Part shown: in pieces, positions 8,932 to 17,885 of the stretch
Layout: each line of letters opens with the position of its first letter
Numbering within the stretch: the stretch's first letter is position 1
Origin: Bacteroidaceae bacterium
GTDB lineage: Bacteria > Bacillota_I > Bacilli_A > RF39 > UBA660
Direction of reading: 5' to 3'
DNA: 20,169 nucleotides
Assembly (NCBI GenBank): GCA_963600145.1
Contig: CAVCAD010000156.1
Coordinates: 1 to 20,169 of the forward strand
The notes under the pieces: model-generated
Databases searched by the model: none
What the model saw: the letters and a program-made list of their open reading frames with translations, nothing else
Told to the model about the DNA's origin: nothing
Translations under genes and position numbers: made by a program

Positions 8932-11742
8932 TTATTCTATAAATATTGTAATTTTTTGTGTTTCACCATTATTATTAATAAACTCTACATATCCACCATC
9001 GCCAGATCTCATTTCAGATGTATCTATCTTTAAAATAGATTCGCCTTTTGTTCCTCCATATATTAAAGTTTCTGCTTGTGTTCGCGTACCATTTATCTTA
9101 AATCCTTGCATTGTATGATCTTCATCATATTCAAATGTGTGCCAACTCCAATCAGATGAAGTCTTTAATGTCCAAGTATCTGTTGTACCAGTCGGATGCT
9201 CCCATATTGTAAGTCTTTCATTGTCTGGATTATATACATCTAAAAATGGAATTATATATGCAGTTGGGTCTTGAATAGTGATTAGATCTACCTTAGTCAA
9301 TCTATCTGAAGTGATATCATAATCATATATTTTATTTACAGCATATATTTGATTTCCGATTTTCCAAAATTTATTAAAATCAAATGAAATAAAATCCATT
9401 GGCGATAATTTAACATAGCAAGTTACTAATTTATTTTGCTTATTATATCTTTCTTTAATATAAGTATCCCAATATATATCATATATAGATTTTGTATTAT
9501 CAAATATGCTCGAATTATATGTATAAACTTTTTTTGGTGTATTTATTAAACAACTTTTATTATTCTTGATCACTGAAACACCAGTGATAAAGTTAGAAGA
9601 TATATAATTCTTCCACGTCGTATAAAATTTATCTGCAGATAACTATGAAGTTGTATCATCATCTATTCGCACGGGAAGCGCTAAATCTGATTTTTGTCTT
9701 TCAGGATAAAAGAATGCCCCTTTTTGCGAAACATAATTATTATCATTATCTGCACACTAAATAAATGTATTTTTAAATAATTTAACTTTAACTTTGTTCT
9801 AATTTAAATTATAAAACCATTGTCTCAAACTTGGGGAATATGGAATAGTTGTTGTCAGGCCTTCAAATAATTTCTAATCTTCATCATCAAAATCGTAATT
9901 TGTTATAATAGATTTGGTACCATATGTAAATCCATAATTATTATTATATGTGTCATTTAATGAAGATTCAGATTCTTCATAATTAAATAATAGCCTGTGA
10001 TGTTCAAATGCAATAGGCTTAACCGTAAAATCATTTGATTTATCAACTTTATCTGTATAATCTGTTATTGTATAATTGAGAAATCTATCTTTTCTGAAAT
10101 TTATTTGCTTTTGAACATAATCAACATCTATAGATATACGATGAAGTTTACAATATTTAATTATATCATCAAATTTAAGATCACAAAAATCATTTAATGT
10201 GATTATACTATTAGATCTAAATAATGTATTTGTTGTTGTATTTGATTCTATATTAATATTTTGGTCAATATAAACAACTCTTGTTGCTGCATAACTACTA
10301 CCTGTTTTTGAATAAAATGTAATGATATGTCCCTTTGGTGGTGTCGTTGTTGTTGTATTTAAATATGTAATCTTCACATAGAATTTAGAACTTCCATTTA
10401 TTATAGGTGTTGTACATACCATATTCTCCGTCGATTTCCAAGAAAACTCATATGCTGCACTCTAAGTTGTTACAGATATATTTGATATTGCTTGAAACTG
10501 TGCATTTGGATATTTTTTCTTTAATTTATTTAAATTATATGATTTTATAGAACTATTGTAAAAGATCATTGTTCCCAATACAACATTATCTTGCATAAAC
10601 TCATATTTAATAATATTATTTACTCCAATACCAATACCTGTTACTGTATATTCTCCTGTTGGTCTATTTGCTGCAAAATGTAACGTTGGTTTATGCGAAA
10701 ATGCAAATAATTTATTCTATAATGTCAATGCATTATTCTTAATATCTTTACCAGACATTATTATATATAATGTATTTGGAATACTTGGATATGTCATATT
10801 AGTCTATATTCGCATCTATAATGTATCATCTGTAGTTGATAAACTATCTTCAATGATCTCATCCCTCTGCTTACATACAACTGCTATATCATTATCTATA
10901 TCAGGCCAATTAAATGTATATCCTGTCAATTCTTTGCACTTATCATTAAAGATATCAACAAATCTTGCCCAATATATAAATGGAATTTGCTCATAGCTCC
11001 TAAATGTATTTTGTTGTACGGGAAGTAATCCATCTCCTATTGCTGATTCTATTGTATATCCTGTTGTTGATTCAAAGTTATTTGCCTCCAATGTATCTTC
11101 AAATGTTGTCACTGTACCATCAACTTTTTGATAGGTATTATAATCAAAATTATCATTATATGAATTATTAGGGAGAAATCCAATAATATTTGAAACACGA
11201 TAATTACGATCTGTCTTCTTATAATCGTTACCAGATCTATTATTATTCCAACAATAATAAACTAATTCTTTATTTAATGCTTCTTTAACATATTTAGATC
11301 CATCTATCCAATATTTATTAATATCTTCCTCATTATCATAATTTGCTTTATTAAATGTGATCTTCTTTAACTCATTAAAGATCTTACCTAATTCTCCATT
11401 GATAGTTACTTCATACCCATCTTTTGTCACTTGTAACATCTTCGCATATCCTTGCAAAACAATCGCATCGCCCCACTGTACTCGACAATCTAACTTCTTA
11501 TAAGGGTCAAACTTCAAACCAACAAATGGTCCATCACTATCAATTGTAACTCTATCTGGATTATATGCATAATTAAATATCTCATTATTATTTGGCGATA
11601 ATGGAATAGTTACTGTCTTTGAATAATCGTTACATATAACTGTTGGGTCACTAATCTCTTCATATTGCTTAGTAATAGGTACAGTTACGCTATCTAATGT
11701 ATCTAACTCTCTATTTTCTATAAATATTCTTAGCTTGCTCAT
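8932..11742 (-). CDS. Large tail/baseplate (Tal-like?) structural protein (936 aa, eight in-frame TAG)
   Basis: Track ORFs 10816-11748, 9874-10422 and 8932-9573 and the gaps between them form one frame, which I translated codon by codon. The only interruptions are TAG at 10816, 10804, 10717, 10462, 9874, 9799, 9757 and 9643 (lower coordinates). The stop is TAA at 8932-8934. The start is taken at ATG 11742, 2 nt after the upstream TGA. The function is guessed from size, position and an N-terminus typical of tail proteins (MSKLRIFIENRELDTLDSVTVPITKQYEEISDP...). Confidence 0.6.
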
Positions 11743-11744
11743 AA

Positions 11745-13961
11745 TCAATATAATATTGTTTGCTTAGTTGATAATTCAAGACTTAATGTCAAGTTGAACA
11801 TTTGGTGTTGTTGATTCTCAAATGTTTTTTCAGTATAACTTCTATCTTTTAATATAACATCATAAGATGTATCTGTATCTGCATCATATAGTTTTAGTGT
11901 TGGCGAAACAAATATGCTCTCATATACAGGATATACATCTGTATCTATCCATCCTGAATTAATCTTGAATGTTGGCTGATTTTCAGTTTTATAAATAGAA
12001 CGATTGCCATAATAATTGGTAATCTCACTTGCCTCAATATCTTCGCTATATTCGTTCACCTTATTAAATGGTTGGCACTGTAAACTACCCCAACGGTCTC
12101 TCCATTGCAAGAAATATCCCTTTGGACAAGTTATTGCAAAAAATGGAGAATTAAGATTAATTCTATCTATGGTACGTATACGACTTGATTCATCATCGAC
12201 AGTAACGACACGACTTAAGTCCCCATCGACAATAACGGTACATAAATAAACGCTATGAGTACCATTATTTTCAATATATAAATTTTTTGATAGAGTCATC
12301 CCCCCAGGAATAAGAACTTTCAAGTAACTATTATTACCGTTACCTAATTTTGCTGCAAATTGTATGTGTAAATCATTAACATATTTAAAGCGCTCGCTAA
12401 ATAACGATATCGATATCGTCTTACCTAATGCGATATTTTTATGAACTTTGCTATATAGCACACCATATCTATCGTAAATAGTTATGCTAATATCACTAAT
12501 ATATTGAGTTTTACCTATTTCACCAAAATAATAATATAATTTATCTATATTGTCACTCCAACCACTTAAAATACCTGCATATTCACTACATAATTCCTGT
12601 TGATATCCTTCCGTTTGTGTGATATAATATGCCTTATTAATACCCATAGAATTAAAGTAGATGCTTTGGGGGCTTTGTAAAGTGTTTGTTGCGGTTGTGT
12701 TTAAAATAATATCATAATATTCATCCGTTATTGTACAAGATATATAATATGTTACTCCTATTGTTGATGCCGTACTATAAGTCTCAAATGCTAATTTAAT
12801 AGATTTTGCAGCACATTCTTCCGTAGCCAATGCTTGGTATTTGGTTATTAATAAATCTCCGTTTGAGTCATAAAAGTTGATATTAAACCCTTTTAATTCC
12901 GAGTATTTGATGTCGTAATCGTCCGTATTCTCCCACAATGAGATATTCAAAACACCATCTGTCAAAGGGAGTGAGTCACTTGTCCAACAAATAGCATTAT
13001 TACGGTCAACTAAGTCAATGGTATATGTATCTGTGTTAGCTGTTTGTGAATCTGATGATGTGTCACATTCCATTCTATTATCATAATAATTAAAATCACT
13101 TGAATTCCATATACTATCATCTGCTAAGCTATTCTCATAATGCACTATTGATAAATCAAATGCCCCATAAAAAGGTGAATTATAATTATAATAACAAAAA
13201 TATGGGTAAAAATTTATTTCAGATTCATCAGCGGTTATATATAAATCAAATGGATAATCAACGTTTAATAGCTTTCCCGAAATACTATCACTGGTTTCGT
13301 ATGGAAAACTCGATATACTTTCCTCATAATATTCTTCAGAACTATAACCATTAGGATATTTGTAATAGTATAAACTTTTAGGCGCAAACGGTGTTTGTAC
13401 ATTAAAAGATATGCCACCGTCAATAAAAGTGCTTGTAATATAATCTTCTGTCGAGTGTGTTAACAAAGCTGGAAATGTAGCACTATCTCCAATATTACCA
13501 GTAATCTTAGAAGCAGTTATTCTCAATGGATTAATCTTTCTCGAATTGCTAAAATATTGCTCTTTTTGAAGATTATCTGTATAAGTTTCTGGATATGTAG
13601 GTAGTAGAATAGGCTCCTTATCACTTGCTTTACAATCTGTATAATAAGTGTCAATCTTGTAAAGATATTTAGCTAACTTATGCGGGTATCTGTATATGTG
13701 ATAAACTGAAACTTCTTTTACTTTATTAACAATCTCTACAGAATATTGGAATTCTTTTCCATATCCTCTTTTTGTTATATCGTTTTGAACTATATCGGTG
13801 ATATCCAATGTCTTAGTGGTAGATTCTGCATAAAGATTACCTGCAAAAATAGTCTCTTTTTCTGCATCATCTGGGTTATAATATACAAAATAATTATAAA
13901 CTTTTTCTGCTGTTAATCCATCAAATTCTACCGTTATTCTTTCATCTAAATATTTTGCCAT
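11745..13961 (-). CDS. Large tail-associated structural protein (738 aa, no TAG)
   Basis: Intact ORF from ATG 13961 to TGA 11745-11747. It is rich in Tyr, Asn, Asp and Ser, as in tail or baseplate proteins. Function is unverified. Confidence 0.6.
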   Translation of the reverse strand: MAKYLDERITVEFDGLTAEKVYNYFVYYNPDDAEKETIFAGNLYAESTTKTLDITDIVQNDITKRGYGKEFQYSVEIVNKVKEVSVYHIYRYPHKLAKYLYKIDTYYTDCKASDKEPILLPTYPETYTDNLQKEQYFSNSRKINPLRITASKITGNIGDSATFPALLTHSTEDYITSTFIDGGISFNVQTPFAPKSLYYYKYPNGYSSEEYYEESISSFPYETSDSISGKLLNVDYPFDLYITADESEINFYPYFCYYNYNSPFYGAFDLSIVHYENSLADDSIWNSSDFNYYDNRMECDTSSDSQTANTDTYTIDLVDRNNAICWTSDSLPLTDGVLNISLWENTDDYDIKYSELKGFNINFYDSNGDLLITKYQALATEECAAKSIKLAFETYSTASTIGVTYYISCTITDEYYDIILNTTATNTLQSPQSIYFNSMGINKAYYITQTEGYQQELCSEYAGILSGWSDNIDKLYYYFGEIGKTQYISDISITIYDRYGVLYSKVHKNIALGKTISISLFSERFKYVNDLHIQFAAKLGNGNNSYLKVLIPGGMTLSKNLYIENNGTHSVYLCTVIVDGDLSRVVTVDDESSRIRTIDRINLNSPFFAITCPKGYFLQWRDRWGSLQCQPFNKVNEYSEDIEASEITNYYGNRSIYKTENQPTFKINSGWIDTDVYPVYESIFVSPTLKLYDADTDTSYDVILKDRSYTEKTFENQQHQMFNLTLSLELSTKQTILY

Positions 13962-13972
13962 ATAAAATATAT

Positions 13973-14730
13973 TTAATGTTTTCTTATTCTTTTACTCATT
14001 TTCTCATATTGCTTCTTTTGTTCCTCGTCCAATAAAACTCCATAGCTCGCAATATATAAAACTAATCTTATCGGGGTGTCGTATGCATCTATTAAAGTTG
14101 CATTCGATTCTTTACAATATCTCAATATTATAGGGAGAATACCAAATTGGCTAAGTCCACTTGCTTGATAATCTCTGCTAATTTCTTGTCCTTCATCTCC
14201 TCCGCTTGATTTTCCAAAGATAACTGGATAACTTGAAACAATGTCGTTAACTGAAGTTTGAAAAAAAAAGCAATCGTCATAACTTGTGTAATAGGCATAG
14301 CGCCAACATCGTCCTTTAATTTGTCTATAGAATAACTTCCATCATTATATTCAGCATTCTTAGGACGCATACATACAGATAAACAACCTGCAATATCATT
14401 TGTTTTATTATAATTTTGGAAATCAACAAATTGTGCAGTTGTCATCTTAGTAGTATCAAAACTTGCATAATACTTTATGCCATTTAATTTATAATATTTT
14501 TTGATCTTTTCTCTTGGAATATCTGTCTTCAGAAAATCAAAATTATATTTATTCAAATCTACCAATGATAAATTATTATAATCTATATTATAAATAATGC
14601 GAAATGCATCTTCTATAGTTAACTTATTTCCATATTTAGTTAACTCTATAAACTAATTTAAAGTTATGTCACTCCAATCTTTATTTTCTTTTGGTTTTTG
14701 GTGCAACCAAGTCTTTAATATGTTCTTCAT
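13973..14730 (-). CDS. Candidate -1 frameshift fusion product (about 252 aa)
   Basis: From the T9 run (plus-strand A9 at 14261-14269) the -1 frame is open for 95 more codons: FFFQTSVNDIVSSYPVIFGKSSGGDEGQEISRDYQASGLSQFGILPIILRYCKESNATLIDAYDTPIRLVLYIASYGVLLDEEQKKQYEKMSKRIRKH. It ends at TAA 13973-13975, 11 nt before the next ATG (13961). This fills the otherwise non-coding 14127-13962 gap. Confidence 0.45.
14128..14730 (-). CDS. Zero-frame product of the candidate frameshifting gene (200 aa; tail-assembly-chaperone-like architecture)
   Basis: ATG 14730 is the only ATG in this frame, and it overlaps the upstream gene by 50 nt. One TAG lies at 14653-14655 (MKNILKTWLHQKPKENKDWSDITLN-TAG-FIELTKYGNKL...). 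The stop is TAA at 14128-14130. The start codon is uncertain. Confidence 0.5.
14261..14269 (-). promoter_or_regulatory. Candidate -1 ribosomal slippery site (U9 on the mRNA: GCU UUU UUU UUC AAA)
   Basis: The homopolymer contains X XXY YYZ heptamers (U UUU UUU and U UUU UUC) in the zero frame. Both the 0 and -1 frames are open downstream (46 and 95 codons respectively). Confidence 0.45.
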
Positions 14731-15148
14731 CAAATTCTTTTGTTAATTCTTGTGCGATAGCTAATGCTAATCTTTCTGTATAGTTTTTTTGATCAACTAT
14801 CTTATCAAATAAATGGGTACCTTCAGTGCCAACTCTTGATATTTTTCTTGCAATTAAAAATGCTAATTGATTTTCAGTGGGAAGTTTTCCATTCATTGGA
14901 CGTGGTAAAACTGGCTTTATTCTTATCCACTCTAATATCTTATCTATTGGTGGGAAATGGGGTTTTGTCCCATTCTCTAAATATATACCATATTGTGCTC
15001 CTTCAAGACGAATTTCAAACTTTGTTCCATCCTGAATAACATTCATTGTTAAACTATTTAACAAATTTCCACTTGCTTTATGTGCTTGAAGTCCCTATTT
15101 ATAATCATTTAATAATTGTTGGGCTACTTCTTCATAATAATTCTTCAT
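14681..15148 (-). CDS. HK97 gp10-like head-tail joining / tail-completion protein (155 aa, one in-frame TAG)
   Basis: ATG 15148 directly abuts the 18-nt upstream motif. One TAG lies at 15095-15097 (MKNYYEEVAQQLLNDYK-TAG-GLQAHKASGNLLNSL...). The stop is TAA at 14681-14683. The pattern SGNLLNSL...GAQYGIYLENGTKPHFPP matches the TGxLxxSI...YAxYVExGT signature of the HK97 gp10 family by eye. Confidence 0.5.
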
Positions 15149-15166
15149 CTATATATAAAATACAAA
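15149..15166 (-). promoter_or_regulatory. 18-nt start-proximal motif, copy 3 (directly abuts ATG 15148)
   Basis: The plus-strand sequence ctatatataaaatacaaa matches copy 1 at 17/18 positions. Confidence 0.4.
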
Positions 15167-15183
15167 TATATTAAATATAAATT

Positions 15184-16431
15184 TTATAAATCTACATACA
15201 TCCTATTTACGCAAAAACAAAGAGACATCACTCTATCGTCGTGATATCCATCTGGTGCACTATAAATTGGGTTTCCATTTGAATTTATGGTGCAGGAATA
15301 CATAGATAACTCATTTGATAATGTCTGATCTTGTGGAAGAATAATTTTATTTGTTTCAAATGTTGTGATTAGCTATTTAATTATTCGATCTTTTGATTTG
15401 TTCGTTGTGTTAAAATAAGTTAGCAATACATCATCTGGCAATGTATCATTTAATAATTGGCCATATACATTACCAATAGAATTCTTTTCAACTGTTACTT
15501 CTAGTGATGTGATTCCTTTTCGTTTGAGATCATTTACTTCATTAGCAATATATTTTATAGTATCAGATGCATTCTTGTCATTAAATGCAATCTAATATGC
15601 TATACAGGCTTTTCCGTTATATAATTGTCCAACTGTCAAAACTGTATAGTCTGATCCTGTGCCTGTACCCCAGTCTACTCCCATTATTGTATCTATATTT
15701 GGATGAAGTTGATATCCTGTCATCTTATCTTTAAAACTTGCAAATACAGATCCTTCTCCATCTATAAATTCTGCTAAGAACTCACTTTGAAATGCAAGCC
15801 GGGGCATTTGTTGTCTATAAATCTCTAATGTCTCTGGCGGCAAATATTTGCTTGTATCATAATTATTCCAATCTATTGCAAATACCTTATCTGTACCATC
15901 TATATTTTCAAGTCCACGTAACCATAGATTAAAGAAAAATCCTCTTTTAAACTTAGGAGTACTTACTATAAATATATCACTATGAAATACATTAGTTGTT
16001 GGAACTAATATCTAATAAAATACATCATCTTTGCAAAATGCAGCTTCATCAATGATCAATATTCCACTATGTTTAACTGTAAATCCACGTAATCCATCCG
16101 CCTGCTCTGCTGATCCAAATTTAACAATACTATTATTTATAAAAGTGATCTCCAACTAAGATCCATTTGATTTTTTTATAATTGGATATGCAATGCGCTC
16201 CAAATCTTGATAAACTTTTCTTGCTTGCTACATAATAGGAGACACAAATAGGGAAAAACTATTTGCGTGCTTTAAACTTGCTGCAATGAGAAGTCCTTCC
16301 ATACAAATAGATTTTCCTACCTACCGTTTTGCTTTAACTACAAACCATTTATTCTTATTATAATTATTATATAAATCAAATAATGATTTTTGCCAAGGCT
16401 CAAGATCAAATAATTTAATCTTCGTACTCAT
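15184..16431 (-). CDS. terL: Terminase large subunit (415 aa, six in-frame TAG)
   Basis: ATG 16431-16429 overlaps the upstream TAA (TAATG). TAG codons lie at 16321-16323, 16228-16230, 16156-16158, 16012-16014, 15592-15594 and 15373-15375. The stop is TAA at 15184-15186. Motifs: Walker A KAKR-TAG-VGKS, Walker B GILIIDEAAF, and nuclease-domain motifs IMGVDWGTGTGSDYTV and APDGYHDDRVMSL. The track shows only an 83-aa fragment (15592-15843). Confidence 0.92.
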
Positions 16432-16619
16432 TAGAATAATGTATTTTTATAATTATTATACCAGTCTACCCATTTATTGGGAATAAATAGTTTTTCTTCC
16501 GCACAACCGCCAGCAAATACATCATATAGATTTTCTGCATTAGGTAGAATATTTATGATTTGTTCTGCTATTTTATTTTTGCTTCCTTGATAGGGAACTC
16601 CGTATCTTATTTTACTCAT
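16431..16619 (-). pseudogene. 62-aa ORF retaining only the N-terminal ~40 aa of a T4-Dam-like DNA adenine methyltransferase (truncated remnant)
   Basis: MSKIRYGVPYQGSKNKIAEQIINILPNAENLYDVFAGGCA matches the N-terminus of T4 Dam-type enzymes (YxGxK...lp...vDlFcGG, the AdoMet-binding motif). The ORF then ends 22 aa later, with no DPPY catalytic motif and no room for one. Its TAA stop overlaps the terL ATG. Confidence 0.5.
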
Positions 16620-16631
16620 AATATAATAATT

Positions 16632-16718
16632 TTACTTTTTCAAAAACCCTAATTCATAATCAACCCAAGGCTTTGGTGTATAAAACATTCCTGCGTTTAT
16701 TTGTTGTTGAGTTTTCAT
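16632..16718 (-). CDS. Mini-ORF (28 aa) between terS and the methylase remnant
   Basis: ATG 16718 lies 2 nt after the terS TAA, and the stop is TAA at 16632-16634. Translation: MKTQQQINAGMFYTPKPWVDYELGFLKK. Too short to call confidently. Confidence 0.25.
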   Translation of the reverse strand: MKTQQQINAGMFYTPKPWVDYELGFLKK

Positions 16719-16720
16719 AT

Positions 16721-17077
16721 TTAATTTATCACTAATTCTATATTATTGTCTGTCTTCTTTGCTTCTAGTTCCTCTACCTTATACTGATTTAAAATATTGC
16801 GCTCTTCTTGTGTACTTAATAATCTATATAGGGCAATAAGTGCTGCAGTGTTTTTGCTATCTAATAATTTATCACGAATAATTTGCTTTGTTATCGTCCT
16901 ATTTACTTCAAGTGCTTCGTCTATTTGTTTTCGTGATATTCCATCCACAGGATACCACCTATAAAAACTAGATGCAGAAAATCCCATACCTGTATAAATA
17001 TCCTAATAGAAAACAAAATTAGGATTTTCTTTTATTTTTCTTATTATTTGTTGAACTGTCGGCTTTACTGCTTTCAT
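16721..17077 (-). CDS. terS: Terminase small subunit-like HTH protein (118 aa, one in-frame TAG)
   Basis: ATG 17077 (MKAVKPTVQQIIRKIKENPNFVFY-TAG-DIYTGMGFSASSFYRWYPVDG...) extends track ORF 16721-16987 through TAG 17003-17005. The stop is TAA at 16721-16723. The call rests on an N-terminal HTH-like segment (GFSASSFYRWY), the NTAALIALYRLL segment and the position just upstream of terL. Confidence 0.62.
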
Positions 17078-17321
17078 TTTCTTTTTCCTCCTATTCTTTT
17101 TGAATTATTGCTTTTTCAGCTATGAACGCCTTATATAATTTGCTCGTCAAAACAAACCATCCGGATGAACAATTACAGCTCAACTTATATCCATATTCTT
17201 TTCCAGCTTCTTCTAATATTTGTTTATATTCTATTGGAATATTGCTTGCTGAAGAATTTATAATTATTTGTGCCATCAAATTCTGAAAAGGCAATAATTT
17301 ATAATAATTTTCTCTTGTCAT
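17019..17321 (-). CDS. Hypothetical protein (76 aa to TAG 17091; 99 aa if read through to TAA 17019)
   Basis: ATG 17321 abuts the 18-nt motif variant. The track ORF ends at TAG 17091-17093. The frame continues EEKENESSKADSSTNNKKNKRKS to TAA 17019-17021, overlapping the terS start. Confidence 0.5.
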
Positions 17322-17339
17322 ATATAATTAAAATACAAA
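17322..17339 (-). promoter_or_regulatory. 18-nt start-proximal motif, degenerate copy 4 (directly abuts ATG 17321)
   Basis: The plus-strand sequence atataattaaaatacaaa matches copy 3 at 15/18 positions. Confidence 0.3.
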
Positions 17340-17342
17340 TTT

Positions 17343-17666
17343 TTATTTTATAAAATTTAATAATCTCTCCAATAATATAAATATTTTATCTAATAATAGC
17401 TCTATTATAGATATAGAATAATCTATATATTTAGATGAAAATGCAAATAATAAACTTAGCCAGCAATATTGGGGACAAAATACCAATAATAATATCAATG
17501 ATATCCAAAATGTCATACATAATGGACATCCAAATGGTTTCTTTAATTCCAAATATACATTTTTCTTTAATAATAAAGATATAATAGATGAAAATATCCT
17601 ATTTGGCGCATCAATATGATAAATATATGTTATACAAATAGTTAATATTATACAAACTTTTATCAT
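17343..17666 (-). CDS. Multi-pass membrane protein with a CxxC motif (107 aa)
   Basis: Intact ORF from ATG 17666 (ATGA overlap with the upstream TGA) to TAA 17343-17345. Hydrophobic segments: MIKVCIILTICITYIY and FWISLILLLVFCPQYCWLSLLFAF. The motif KPFGCPLCMTFW resembles DUF1360-type phage membrane proteins by eye. Confidence 0.55.
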   Translation of the reverse strand: MIKVCIILTICITYIYHIDAPNRIFSSIISLLLKKNVYLELKKPFGCPLCMTFWISLILLLVFCPQYCWLSLLFAFSSKYIDYSISIIELLLDKIFILLERLLNFIK

Positions 17667-17872
17667 TTCTTATATTTTAGTTTTTTACTTTTACTATAAA
17701 TAAAACTATAGCTACAATCTAATAATCGTGCTGTCTCTGGTATGCCATATATCTATATTAAATAATAAATATCTTTATTCGACTAAGACAAACTGTCATA
17801 CCATCTCATAAATTTATAATAATCTTTTAGTTGATCATCATCAAGATCTTCTTCATTTAATAATGTCTTCAT
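17663..17872 (-). CDS. Sigma-factor region-4-like HTH protein (69 aa, two in-frame TAG)
   Basis: Absent from the track. ATG 17872; TAG at 17783-17785 and 17753-17755; TGA at 17663-17665. Translation: MKTLLNEEDLDDDQLKDYYKFMRWYDSLS-TAG-SNKDIYYLI-TAG-IYGIPETARLLDCSYSFIYSKSKKLKYKK. The second half looks like a sigma70 region 4.2 HTH. Confidence 0.45.
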
Positions 17873-17885
17873 AATAGTTGGGCGA

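Noticed and set aside
17086-17092. AGGAGG as evidence that the phage generally uses Shine-Dalgarno-led initiation.
   Set aside because: I saw no comparable purine-rich motif upstream of terL, capsid, scaffold, protease, portal or the tail genes. Their upstream regions are A/T-only, so this single occurrence cannot be generalised.
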